DNA of 64,000 nt from an uncultured virus (IMG/VR IMGVR_UViG_3300021957_000021) (lineage: Duplodnaviria; Heunggongvirae; Uroviricota; Caudoviricetes). The stretch lies in IMG/VR virus record IMGVR_UViG_3300021957_000021; one strand, 5' to 3'. The notes below the pieces were generated by a model. The model did not search any database and was not told the origin of the DNA. It worked only from the letters and a program-made list of their open reading frames with translations. Of the stretch, positions 44,199 through 53,440 are shown in pieces (the first letter of the stretch is position 1; every line of letters starts with the position of its first letter). Both the position numbers and the translations under genes were made by a program.

Positions 44199-45047
44199 AT
44201 GAATAACGAACAAAAAACCAACAATCTCCGCATCTGTGGCGGTGAGCACAAAGTAGTAGAAATCGACCAAGTCAAGGCAGTTCAAACTCCGCCCATCGAG
44301 TTTCGCAAGGAACTCAACAAAAATGGCGAGCGTTCTGTCTCGTACCAACCGATCTCTCATTCTCTCCTTATTGATAAAACTCGCAACCATCTTGATCAAG
44401 CGGGCTTTACTATCGAGGCAGAGTGCCATAACCTCGCTAGGAATAACCAAAGATACTTTGGCTTGTTTCAAGTTTCTCATCCTAAAAGAGAGGCTTCAGA
44501 GCGAGGCACTATCGTAGGACTTCGTAATGCCCACGACAAGTGCTTCCCCGCAGGACTTTGTGCAGGTGACGCTCCTTTTGTCTGCGACAATCTTATTTTT
44601 ACTAACGAGGTCAAACTAGCTCGTAGGCATACTAAGAATATCCTCAATGAGCTTGACCATGTCATTGCTCGCACTCTTGGCAAGCTTTTCAACTTTTGGG
44701 TTGCTCAAGATAGTAGGATTGATGCCTACAAAGAGCATGATCTTAAAAACGCTCAAGTCAACGATCTTGTGATCCGTGCTTGCAAGGCAGGTGCTTTGCC
44801 TAAGTCAAAGATCATTGATGTTGTTGACCAATGGGAAAAGTCCGATCATCCCGAATTTTGGGACAGGAATGTAAACTCATTGTACAACGCTTTCACAGAG
44901 GTTTACAAGGGTAACCTTACCGCATTACCTCAACGCTCCGAAGCATTGCATTCCGTGCTTGACTCCGAAGTGGGCTTTGATTCATCAAGCTTTAAGCAGG
45001 ATGAGATAATCGAAGCCGAGGTAGTCGGTGCAGGTGACCCCTTCTAA
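44199..45047 (+). CDS. DUF932/DUF945-like phage/plasmid protein
   Basis: YQPI.H, GLRNAHDK......AG...FVCDNL, N..SLYNAFTE. Confidence 0.75.
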   Translation: MNNEQKTNNLRICGGEHKVVEIDQVKAVQTPPIEFRKELNKNGERSVSYQPISHSLLIDKTRNHLDQAGFTIEAECHNLARNNQRYFGLFQVSHPKREASERGTIVGLRNAHDKCFPAGLCAGDAPFVCDNLIFTNEVKLARRHTKNILNELDHVIARTLGKLFNFWVAQDSRIDAYKEHDLKNAQVNDLVIRACKAGALPKSKIIDVVDQWEKSDHPEFWDRNVNSLYNAFTEVYKGNLTALPQRSEALHSVLDSEVGFDSSSFKQDEIIEAEVVGAGDPF

Positions 45048-45072
45048 GGTTGCTGGTCATATCGTGTCGTTC

Positions 45073-45106
45073 AGCCCCCTTCCAATCGGAAGGGGGTTTT
45101 TGTTTT
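45073..45106 (+). terminator. Intrinsic terminator with AATC loop
   Basis: AGCCCCCTTCC-AATC-GGAAGGGGGTTTTT. Confidence 0.9.
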
Positions 45107-45246
45107 GTAAGTTACTGAACATTAAGTAATTGCAAAAATCGCCTAAGAAAAATTTTAATTATATGATATTCAACGACTTGCAACAAAATGAAAAAAAGTG
45201 AAAAAAGGGGTTGACAGATGCCCTCAGCTTGTCTAGTATTGTATAC

Positions 45247-45990
45247 ATGATTAAAACGACACTACTCACTTCAGGTAACCAAAAAATCGTTAAAGGCGAA
45301 AAACTTGGTTACATCACAAAAGGAATTCACTTAGCTCCAGCCAATCTTGCGGGTTACGAAGTTTGCCAATGGCGTTCAAAAGGTTGCACAATGGCTTGCT
45401 TAAACACAGCAGGTCGTGGTCAAATGAATTCCGTTCAAGCTTCACGCATTGCCAAGACAAAGTTATTCTTTGAGCAACAATTTGACTTCCTTGCAAAGCT
45501 TTCTAAAGAGGTTGCCTCGACTATCAAAAGTTCGCTCAAAAAAGAAATGCAAGCGGTGTTTCGCTTGAATCTTACGAGCGACATTGCCTGGGAATCCGTT
45601 TTCATGAATGAAGAAGAGCCGAAAACAATCTTTGAAAAGTTTTCTTCAGTCCAATTCTACGACTATACAAAGTCATTCAAAAGAATGTGTGCTTTCCTTA
45701 ACAAGCCATTCACTAAAGATGAACAAAAATTTCCATCCAATTATCACTTAACCTTCTCTCGCTCCGAGCATAACGACAAAAAGTGCGAGATGGTTCTTGC
45801 TATGGGCGGTAATGTTGCCGTGGTGTTTCGCAACCAACTTCCTAAGACTTGGAAGGGTTACGAAGTTGTCAATGGTGATGATACCGACTTGCGTTTCTTA
45901 GACAAGAAAGGGGTAGTCGTTGGGCTTATCGAAAAAGGTATGGCAAAGAAAGATGAGACGGGCTTCGTACAGGAAGGAGTAAACTCATGA
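45247..45990 (+). CDS. Gp88-like phage protein
   Basis: VC...S.GC..ACLNTAGRG, RLN.TSDI, QFYDYTK, NYHLTFS, GD.TDLRF.D. Confidence 0.8.
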   Translation: MIKTTLLTSGNQKIVKGEKLGYITKGIHLAPANLAGYEVCQWRSKGCTMACLNTAGRGQMNSVQASRIAKTKLFFEQQFDFLAKLSKEVASTIKSSLKKEMQAVFRLNLTSDIAWESVFMNEEEPKTIFEKFSSVQFYDYTKSFKRMCAFLNKPFTKDEQKFPSNYHLTFSRSEHNDKKCEMVLAMGGNVAVVFRNQLPKTWKGYEVVNGDDTDLRFLDKKGVVVGLIEKGMAKKDETGFVQEGVNS

Positions 45991-46525
45991 GCGATACTTA
46001 TTACGACTCAGCCGAATCCGTCATGATATCACAAGAGCGGGCATTTCAGGAGCTTACAAACCACGGTTGCCAAGAATTCGAAGAGTTCTTGGTAGACATG
46101 GGCGACACGGAAGAATACTCGGCTCAGGCAGTGCTTGAATGGTTAGGATACTAAATACTTTAAAACAATTAAAAATTTTATAAAATCATATGTGGACTAC
46201 GAAGAATATATTTTTTGCCTTTACCTTTTTAATGAATGCGCGCAGGACCTGGACGGGTTCCTGGAAGCTTTCGACGTTATCGACTTGGCCTTTCCAGACA
46301 CATGTAGAGTTTTAGCGGACCAAGGATTCTTTCATAAAGACTTGTGTATTAATTAATTACAACAAAACCCTATCCATTAATGTAAGTCATTGACCCAGGG
46401 GTATTTATGAAATCGAAACTATATAGACAAAAATTAAAATCGAATTTGCCAAAAAAAAAGGTTGACTTTACTTAAAAAAATGTCATACTTATAGGTATAG
46501 ATTAACTTAACAAAGGAATATTATT

Positions 46526-46933
46526 ATGGGATTAGATCAATCAGCATACGCAACTAAAGGCGATAAACACGAAGATATAGCTACATGGAGAAAGCATAAC
46601 AGACTTCAAGGTTGGATGGAAGATTTATGGGAGGATAAAGGTAGACCAAACTTTGATTCATCAGAAGCTAACCCTATGGGCGATTTTAACTGCATACCTA
46701 TACAATTAACGCTAGAAGATATTGATACGCTAGAATATGCAATCAACAACTTTAAGCTACCTGAAACAGGCGGATTCTTTTTTGGGAATGACTCTTATTT
46801 CTGGTTAGATGAAGACGGCAACGCTTATCCCGACAATCATTACTACTACAAAGATCAGGATCTTTCTTTTGTCAAAAAGGCTCGCGACCTACTCAACAAA
46901 GGTTGGCAAGTGTTCTTCGACTCTTGGTGGTAA
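46526..46933 (+). CDS. Conserved phage protein (MGLD...WRKHN...SWW type)
   Basis: Recurrent motif; AAGGA SD. Confidence 0.75.
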   Translation: MGLDQSAYATKGDKHEDIATWRKHNRLQGWMEDLWEDKGRPNFDSSEANPMGDFNCIPIQLTLEDIDTLEYAINNFKLPETGGFFFGNDSYFWLDEDGNAYPDNHYYYKDQDLSFVKKARDLLNKGWQVFFDSWW

Positions 46934-46976
46934 AAAACCCTTGACATAACTACTTTAATTTTATAGAATTTATATT

Positions 46977-47642
46977 ATGACTAAAACACTAAAAACCTTC
47001 GATGACTTAAAATTCGGACCTCACCCTCACGCAAAAGATTTAGGAGTCGTGGCAAGTATAACTCTTGACAATGGCTACGCTTTCAGCGTTGTTGGAAATG
47101 ACGATGGAGGCAATGCTTTCTACGGAAACCATCCTGATACTTATGAAGTCGCAGTATTTAATCCTCGCGGAGACTTTGTTCCCCTCTCTGTTTCGGACGA
47201 TGTCCTCGGTTGGCAACCTCCACTTCAAGTCTCTAAATTGATGCAACAATTCCAACTTGACGGACTCGCTGAAGAAAAATTACTTATTAATTTGAGGGCA
47301 GACTTTAACGAAAAAGTATTAGTCGAGCAGGAAAAAAGATTTAACGCTTGACTTTTAATCAATCTTATACTATACTTATATCATAACAATCAGATAAACT
47401 AAACTATGACAAAAAAACAAAAACAAGCACTAAGTAAGGTTAAAACCTATACTCCTCACAATGTCAACAGTCGTGATGAAAAGATTTGGTTCACATATGT
47501 TAACAAGAACAGAGTACCCGTCTCTGCTTACTACGACACGGCTAACGGATCATTCGTGTCAGTTGTTAAGGGTTCTCAATACAATGGCGTTGCATTCCGT
47601 AAAGGCGTCGCCAAGAGAGTAATCTCAAAAATTCTTGGATAA
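46977..47642 (+). other. Two small early genes (46977-47351, 47406-47642)
   Basis: Each preceded by a TTGAC promoter. Confidence 0.7.
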
Positions 47643-47734
47643 TGGAACTATTATTTTTCACTCCGTGGATACTTGTATTCTATATAATGTTCTCGGATTT
47701 GTTAAGTGAGGATTCATAGTCTTAGGTCAACTAC

Positions 47735-47768
47735 AAGCCCGCTAGCCTAAAAACTAGCGGGTTTTTTT
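47735..47768 (+). terminator. Intrinsic terminator ending the plus-strand early cluster
   Basis: AGCCCGCTAG...CTAGCGGGTTTTTTT. Confidence 0.85.
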
Positions 47769-47918
47769 GTAAATAGGAGCAAATTTTTTTCCAAATAGCC
47801 CAAATCGTTCGGATACAGCCATTGCCCGCCGAGAAAGAGAAATTAACCAATCAAACTAAAAAGTTATAAAATTCTTTTTTTGCCTCCCCAGTTTCGCAAT
47901 TATATGATAATCAATGAT

Positions 47919-48083
47919 TTACGACTTGGTTTTAGTCGCGATAATCGGAGATTTAGTTTGCTCGCTGAGCTTGCGGGCTATACGCATGGCGTTAGCGTGG
48001 CTTGTGGCGTTGTCTACTAGCTTGCCAAAAAGTCTGATGTCAAACCAATTAGTAAAGTTTGGGTTTTTGTCTACATTTATCAT
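47919..48083 (-). CDS. 54-aa protein, paralog of 51129-51305 (absent from ORF track)
   Basis: MINVDKNPNFTNWFDIRLFGKLVDNATSHANAMRIARKLSEQ... Confidence 0.7.
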   Translation of the reverse strand: MINVDKNPNFTNWFDIRLFGKLVDNATSHANAMRIARKLSEQTKSPIIATKTKS

Positions 48084-48087
48084 AGTA

Positions 48088-50818
48088 TTATGCAAAGAAA
48101 GGGTGAAGCTTCACATCCTCAAAACGGATGCCGACCTTGCGGTCGGTGCGGTATGGACGAACCATGGCGATAGTTCCAAGCTCTTCATGCTCGGTGGCTT
48201 GGATGAATTGAAAGACTTTATTATCTCGAGAGATGAGCACATCGCCTTTTTTGAATTTGTTTTTATTTGGCATATTATTTTAGTGTTGAGTTACTACATT
48301 GAAACGAGGAGAGTTGAGATTCTCTTCTCTTTTTATTGTTGTAAGATGCGAAAGACTTGAGGCAGTCCGAACCCGTGGGTAATCGGTTCCTGTGTCGAAG
48401 ATCTTAACAGACCAATGCGTTGACCATTTTTTAATTCTAACTTGTATTTTATCGTTTAACATATTATTACTATCGCACATTTGAGTTGAAATTGCAAGAA
48501 AAAAATGAATTATTTTTGTATTTCTTTTATCATAGACCGAAGCTCTGAAACTTTTTCGAGAAGACCTTCGGTGGTCATTTCTTCCGTCAAGGTTCTTGGT
48601 GAATCTTTTTTTTCGGTGTTCATGTAGTGAAGGAATTCGATTGATCCTTGAATCTTTGCAAGGTGAATTCCAAGATCAATTTGCTTTACTATTTTTTCTT
48701 TCATATCTTTTGTATTAATCATATACCTATAAGGTAGCATACAAACAAAGAAATTGCAAGCAAAAAGTGAATTATTTTTCCCAAATTTGTTGAATGTAGT
48801 ATTGAGCATTGTCTCCATCTTTGCGTTGAATGCTTGTTTGAAATTGCAACTTAGGCTGAAGTGTGCGAATCATGCGAGCAACTTTGCGTCTTACTTCGTG
48901 CTTGTCTTCAGCTTTTATAGTGATTGTATGATGTGTTTTATCAATGTCGATGTATGACTTGGTATTACTATTCCATAAGGAAATTGCTTCACCATCAAGG
49001 GAAGAGACATGAACACTTGCTACGAATGTTTTATTCTTTATCATATATATAATCTAACACATTAAGCCGAAAACGCAAGCAAAAAGTGAAAAAAGATTCA
49101 ATTATTTTATTATACAATTCTACTTTTGCCTAGCCAGATTTGCAATTATCTGACTTTCAACGACTTAGAACACAAGAGGATCGGGCAATGAATTAGGAGT
49201 TGCGAACCAATCGTTTGCGTCAATTACTTCGCCGTTTAGTACAGGCTCGAATTTGAATTGGAAAACATTGGCATTTGCTATGCCGTTGACGCGTTCGCGT
49301 GTGGTGGGCGTATTCCATCCCGCAAGAGACCATCTTACAAGCCCGTCAGGATCGCGTTTGACAATCGCGTTGCCATGTAGCCAAACGGTTTGCCCGTCTG
49401 TCTCGGTGTTTCCGACTTTTAAGGATGTGCCCGCATTGAAGGCGTTTCTGATTTGTTCTGTAACTTTTCTCATATCTTTATTATTAAGGATTTTCTGTGA
49501 TTATGCAAGCGGAAAAAAGGAAAAAAAGAGTTTTTGTGCAAGTAAATTTTGTACCCGCTCTTCAGCTTCTTTTTCTTGCTGCTCTAGTTCTTCAAGCTCA
49601 ATTTCTGCCTGAATCAATGCTATTTGAGATTGAATGTGCCCAGCGTCTGCATCAAACGCATGATCTTTTATGAATTGCTCTAATTTACTGATTTCTTTTT
49701 CTATGTTCATGATATAACTATATAAAATTTTTTATTTAATTGCAAGCTAAAAGTGAATTATTTTAAGCTATCCATTCGACAAGTTCAAACTTTCTAGGCA
49801 GTCCAAACTTGGCAAGATCTTTGTTCAAGTCTTCAATCGTTGCGTGATGTTCGCATTTCATCATTACATTTGAGCTGATCAGCTCGCCTGTCTTGCGGTC
49901 AATTATATTTACTTTGGCAATGAAGCCGTTTACTTTATTATTTGTCTTAATCATATACCTACAAGGTAGCACATCAGGTCAGAAATTGCAAGCAAAAAGT
50001 GAAAAAAGATTCTCTTATTTTATTGTACAATTCTATCGCGCCCCACCCAGTCTCGCAATTATCTGACTAGCAGTGACTTAGGTAATCGTCTATATCGTCG
50101 AAGTTTGCATATGAAAAAGGTGTGCTTCGCTGTCTTGTACCACTATCATAAGCGGATTGTGCATCTTCTAGTATGTCGAGCTTCTTGAGGTAGCATATTG
50201 CACCTTTATCATAGAATGGTACACCATGATACCCTAGTGTCCAGGCGTAGTCAATTGCCTTTTCAGGATCATCATCTAAGTAGGCATCCTTAGCGATCTT
50301 GCTTGATTCTCTCATTTTAGATTCTAATCTTGTATAGCTCATTAGTTAGCCTTTCTTTCTTTGTAGATCACTGCTTGGTATGCCTTGCGAGCTTCTTGCA
50401 CTGCATGGAGAGCGTCGAGTATTGCCATGCCTTGAGTGATGGTCAAGGTTTTGTCGCCTTCGCTGTTGGTTGACTCGGCAAGGAAGTTGAGGTTGCCTTC
50501 AGCTTTAGACAGGGCAAGCCCTAGGTCAAGCTTTCTGTTAAGCTCGTCTCTGATTTCTTCGATGGTTTCAGTTGTGTTTGTCATTGTCATATGTGTATAT
50601 ACTAGGTTAGTTGATGTTAAAAGTCAAGCGTTTCTTTCGACTGATTTCCATCCGAAAGCTTTTACTTTGTCTTGATGGCGGGCTTGTGGCAACATTGCCT
50701 TAAGTTCAGCAATGCGGGCGAGCTTCCAATCTATCTCGCCTTGATCCATTTGACCTTTCCACATTTGCATTTGTAGTTTGTCTAATCTTATTTCTCTTTG
50801 TATTTGTTCTTCTGTCAT
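48088..50818 (-). other. Minus-strand early cluster of ten small genes (48088-48273, 48280-48462, 48510-48722, 48772-49044, 49165-49473, 49501-49710, 49763-49954, 50067-50342, 50342-50590, 50624-50818)
   Basis: Most preceded by near-identical TTGC/TTGAC promoter cassettes. Confidence 0.75.
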
Positions 50819-51128
50819 ATCTATAACCTATCAATCCTTTCTTGTTTTGTCAAACTTTATTTTACTTTTTTTTAGCTATTACAAATGCTAGTAAAATCTT
50901 TTCTCTTTCAGTTAGTTGTGTTGTATCAATCTTTATCATATAAACAACATAGCAACAAAATGACTAAAAGTCAAGAAAAACTTTAAATTATTTTATTGCA
51001 CAATTCTACTTTTGATAGGGCAATTGCACAATTATATGACTATAAGCAACTTACAACAACATGAAAAAAACTTTAATTTTTTTTAAAAAACACTTGACTT
51101 TTACAGAAAAATTTCTTATATTTAGAGC

Positions 51129-51305
51129 ATGATTAAGATTGAGAAAAACGAAAACATTTCACGCTTTTGGAACATCTTCGCCTTCGGCAAGTTTGTCAAT
51201 GAGATCGAAGGACGAACCAAAGCATTCAACTATGCCAAGACTCTTGCACAAGAGAATGACCAAAAGTTTTTGGTTGATCATAAAAAAAGAATCATTGAGG
51301 CTTGA
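51129..51305 (+). CDS. 58-aa protein, paralog of 47919-48083 (absent from ORF track)
   Basis: MIKIEKNENISRFWNIFAFGKFVNEIEGRTKAFNYAKTLAQE...; ATG 35 nt after TTGACT. Confidence 0.7.
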   Translation: MIKIEKNENISRFWNIFAFGKFVNEIEGRTKAFNYAKTLAQENDQKFLVDHKKRIIEA

Positions 51306-51338
51306 CATTACAACCCAACTATACTAGATTATATAACT

Positions 51339-51856
51339 ATGGATAACATCGAAAGAATTCGTTTAGCAGTAGAAAACGCCAAGCAAGGTTACCGCCTCGC
51401 TCCTAAATTTGCATCATTGCAAGAAGAACTCCATGAAGAGATTCAAGCGGAAGAGCTTGTGGTCAATCATGGTTTGCTTCAAGCAAGTGATAATGACATC
51501 AAGGAAGAACACGCTTCTCTTGAGTCAGTCGAGCATGACAAGGATGATGTCGATTATGACATGGATGAGAACGAGGTTGACATGGCTTCTCTCAGTCCTG
51601 CAATGCGTGAGATCTTCGGAGAATGAAGCAGTTACCTAAACGCAACAAAGCCGAAACATCATTCCGTTGGGTTATGTTCGGGCAAGCAGGGCAAGTCCTG
51701 TTTGCCTTGATCGACCCTAAGAATTGGATGCTCAAACCAAACTCGTACTTCGTTAGCGAGTCATTCATTCAAGCTAACTTGATAAGACTCAAGAACATAT
51801 CAAGACAAGTCGAAGGCAAGACAAAGGTTCTCTTATTGGAGGAGGGTGTGGCATAG
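51339..51856 (+). other. Two small genes (51339-51626 acidic, 51623-51856)
   Basis: TTGACA promoter at 51302; ATGA coupling. Confidence 0.65.
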
Positions 51857-52040
51857 CACCCCTCCCCCCTGCCCGCCTTGCTCGTATACCGACCCACCCC
51901 ATTTTCCAAAAAAAACCACTAGTCACTTTGTGACAAAGTGGCGGGGGGTACTATTTTTCAATATTTGCATTGTTTAAAATATTTTAAATTATTCGCTTGA
52001 ATAAAAAAATAACCGACCCCTATTTGGTGTAAAGCAAAGT

Positions 52041-52235
52041 ATGAAAGAAGTTGAGTTTTATAATGTAAAAAAGAAGACTAAAGTTCAGATAGCCGCCGAA
52101 CTAGTCGAAAAGAAAACTTATCAAATGGTTACTAAGGGAGGGAAGGCATCTAAGCGTTATGCGCTTAAAGCCGTGGACGAAGATGGAACTAAATTAACAA
52201 AATTTTGCAGCAAAACAGATTACGATAAACTTTAA
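52041..52235 (+). CDS. Small basic protein, Cc1/DUF5679-like chromatin-type fold (tentative)
   Basis: EFYNVKKK...RYALKAVDEDGTKLTKF; GTGTAA 14 nt upstream. Confidence 0.5.
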   Translation: MKEVEFYNVKKKTKVQIAAELVEKKTYQMVTKGGKASKRYALKAVDEDGTKLTKFCSKTDYDKL

Positions 52236-52822
52236 TGCTTTTCTATCAACTTAGCGATTTCCCTCAATTAACTGAGTTAATCCAAAATTGGAAAATTATT
52301 AAAGAAGAATCTTCGCACCTCGACAATTATAACTTAAATATAAATAGAGTTAATAAAGACCATGAAGTTGTAGCTGAAGAAATATTAAAAAAAATTGAAT
52401 TAAATAAAAAAAATGGATGGGTTGATGGGTGGAATAACAAAGGCGAGGTAAATAAAAGCTGGATTCAATATGGATTAATTATTCATGATAAAGAAGTACC
52501 GCACAGTAATATGCCAAAAACTATAAAGTTATTAAAAAAAATAAAAGGAATAAAAGTTGCGGCACTAAACATACTAAAAGGTGAATCAATATTAGGAACT
52601 CACACTCATCCAGAAATGGTTACAGAAAAATTGGCGCAAATGCACATCTCTCTTGACGCGCCAGAGCCGATGCAATCATATCTTTGCGTTAATGGAGATT
52701 TTTTTGAACATAAAACTGGCAATTATGTAATATTTAACGGAGCCTATCCTCATTTTGCTATAAACGCAGGAAAAAAAGATAGAATGATTTTATATTTAGA
52801 GTTTAAAAAAAATAAATTATAA
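52235..52822 (+). CDS. Aspartyl/asparaginyl beta-hydroxylase family 2OG-Fe(II) dioxygenase
   Basis: MPKT..LL..I, HTH, HISL, FNGAYPH...N....DR.IL. Confidence 0.75.
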   Translation: MLFYQLSDFPQLTELIQNWKIIKEESSHLDNYNLNINRVNKDHEVVAEEILKKIELNKKNGWVDGWNNKGEVNKSWIQYGLIIHDKEVPHSNMPKTIKLLKKIKGIKVAALNILKGESILGTHTHPEMVTEKLAQMHISLDAPEPMQSYLCVNGDFFEHKTGNYVIFNGAYPHFAINAGKKDRMILYLEFKKNKL

Positions 52823-52824
52823 TA

Positions 52825-53421
52825 TTATACAGAACCTGTGGGGAATACTGCAGAAGAAACTCCAGCAACATCTGCACAACTTGTGACTTTAACAGTAAAG
52901 TCGTGAACATTTAATCCTGAGTCAGGTAAGTCAACATTTACTTGGAATACAAAATCACCAGAACCAGTATTCAAGTCTAAAGCATGAGTTAAGTGAATTG
53001 ATTTGTTTTTATAATAGTCTTCGGGTTCGCCGCTATGATAGATATGAAAATTTTGCACTTTTTCCCAAGTTGGACTCACTCCAGCTCCTGTAAATGCTAT
53101 ATTTGCATCCCCAGAGAATACTCCGCTTCCAGTTGCCGACTGGTTTAAGTTGATATCCCAATCTAAAATATAATCACCAGAATACAAAGTTAAAGCGTCA
53201 ACTGTATTCAGATCTCCTGCAGTCCCTTCGCCAGATCCACCTACGACAGAATCATCATCGAAAATAGCCTGTCTAACTCCTAATAATTGACCTCCAAGAT
53301 ATTTTGGCTCAATTGACTTTGTTGCCATTGTGGTTCCGTCTCCAACAATTACAGGAACTCTGGAGTAAGAATTAATGTCTGATCCTGACGCTGTTAAAAG
53401 TTCTGATATTTTAGTACCCAT
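52825..53421 (-). CDS. Probable virion protein
   Basis: KISEL N-terminus, G/S/T-rich; GTGTAA 14 nt upstream. Confidence 0.5.
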   Translation of the reverse strand: MGTKISELLTASGSDINSYSRVPVIVGDGTTMATKSIEPKYLGGQLLGVRQAIFDDDSVVGGSGEGTAGDLNTVDALTLYSGDYILDWDINLNQSATGSGVFSGDANIAFTGAGVSPTWEKVQNFHIYHSGEPEDYYKNKSIHLTHALDLNTGSGDFVFQVNVDLPDSGLNVHDFTVKVTSCADVAGVSSAVFPTGSV

Positions 53422-53440
53422 AATATGGTTTACACTACTT

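Larger units (their letters stand above)
41271..51054 (+). repeat. Dispersed co-oriented ~26-bp repeat GCAATTATMTGANNNTCAANNACTTA (8 copies)
   Basis: Copies at 41271, 41326, 43943, 45157, 47896, 49142, 50055, 51028. Confidence 0.85.

Noticed and set aside
47914..48360. Plus-strand 148-aa ORF, also 51139-51327
   Set aside because: Shadow frames of better-supported genes (47919-48083 minus, 51129-51305 plus)
41271..51054. CRISPR array
   Set aside because: Repeats are degenerate and mostly ~1 kb or more apart; no cas genes
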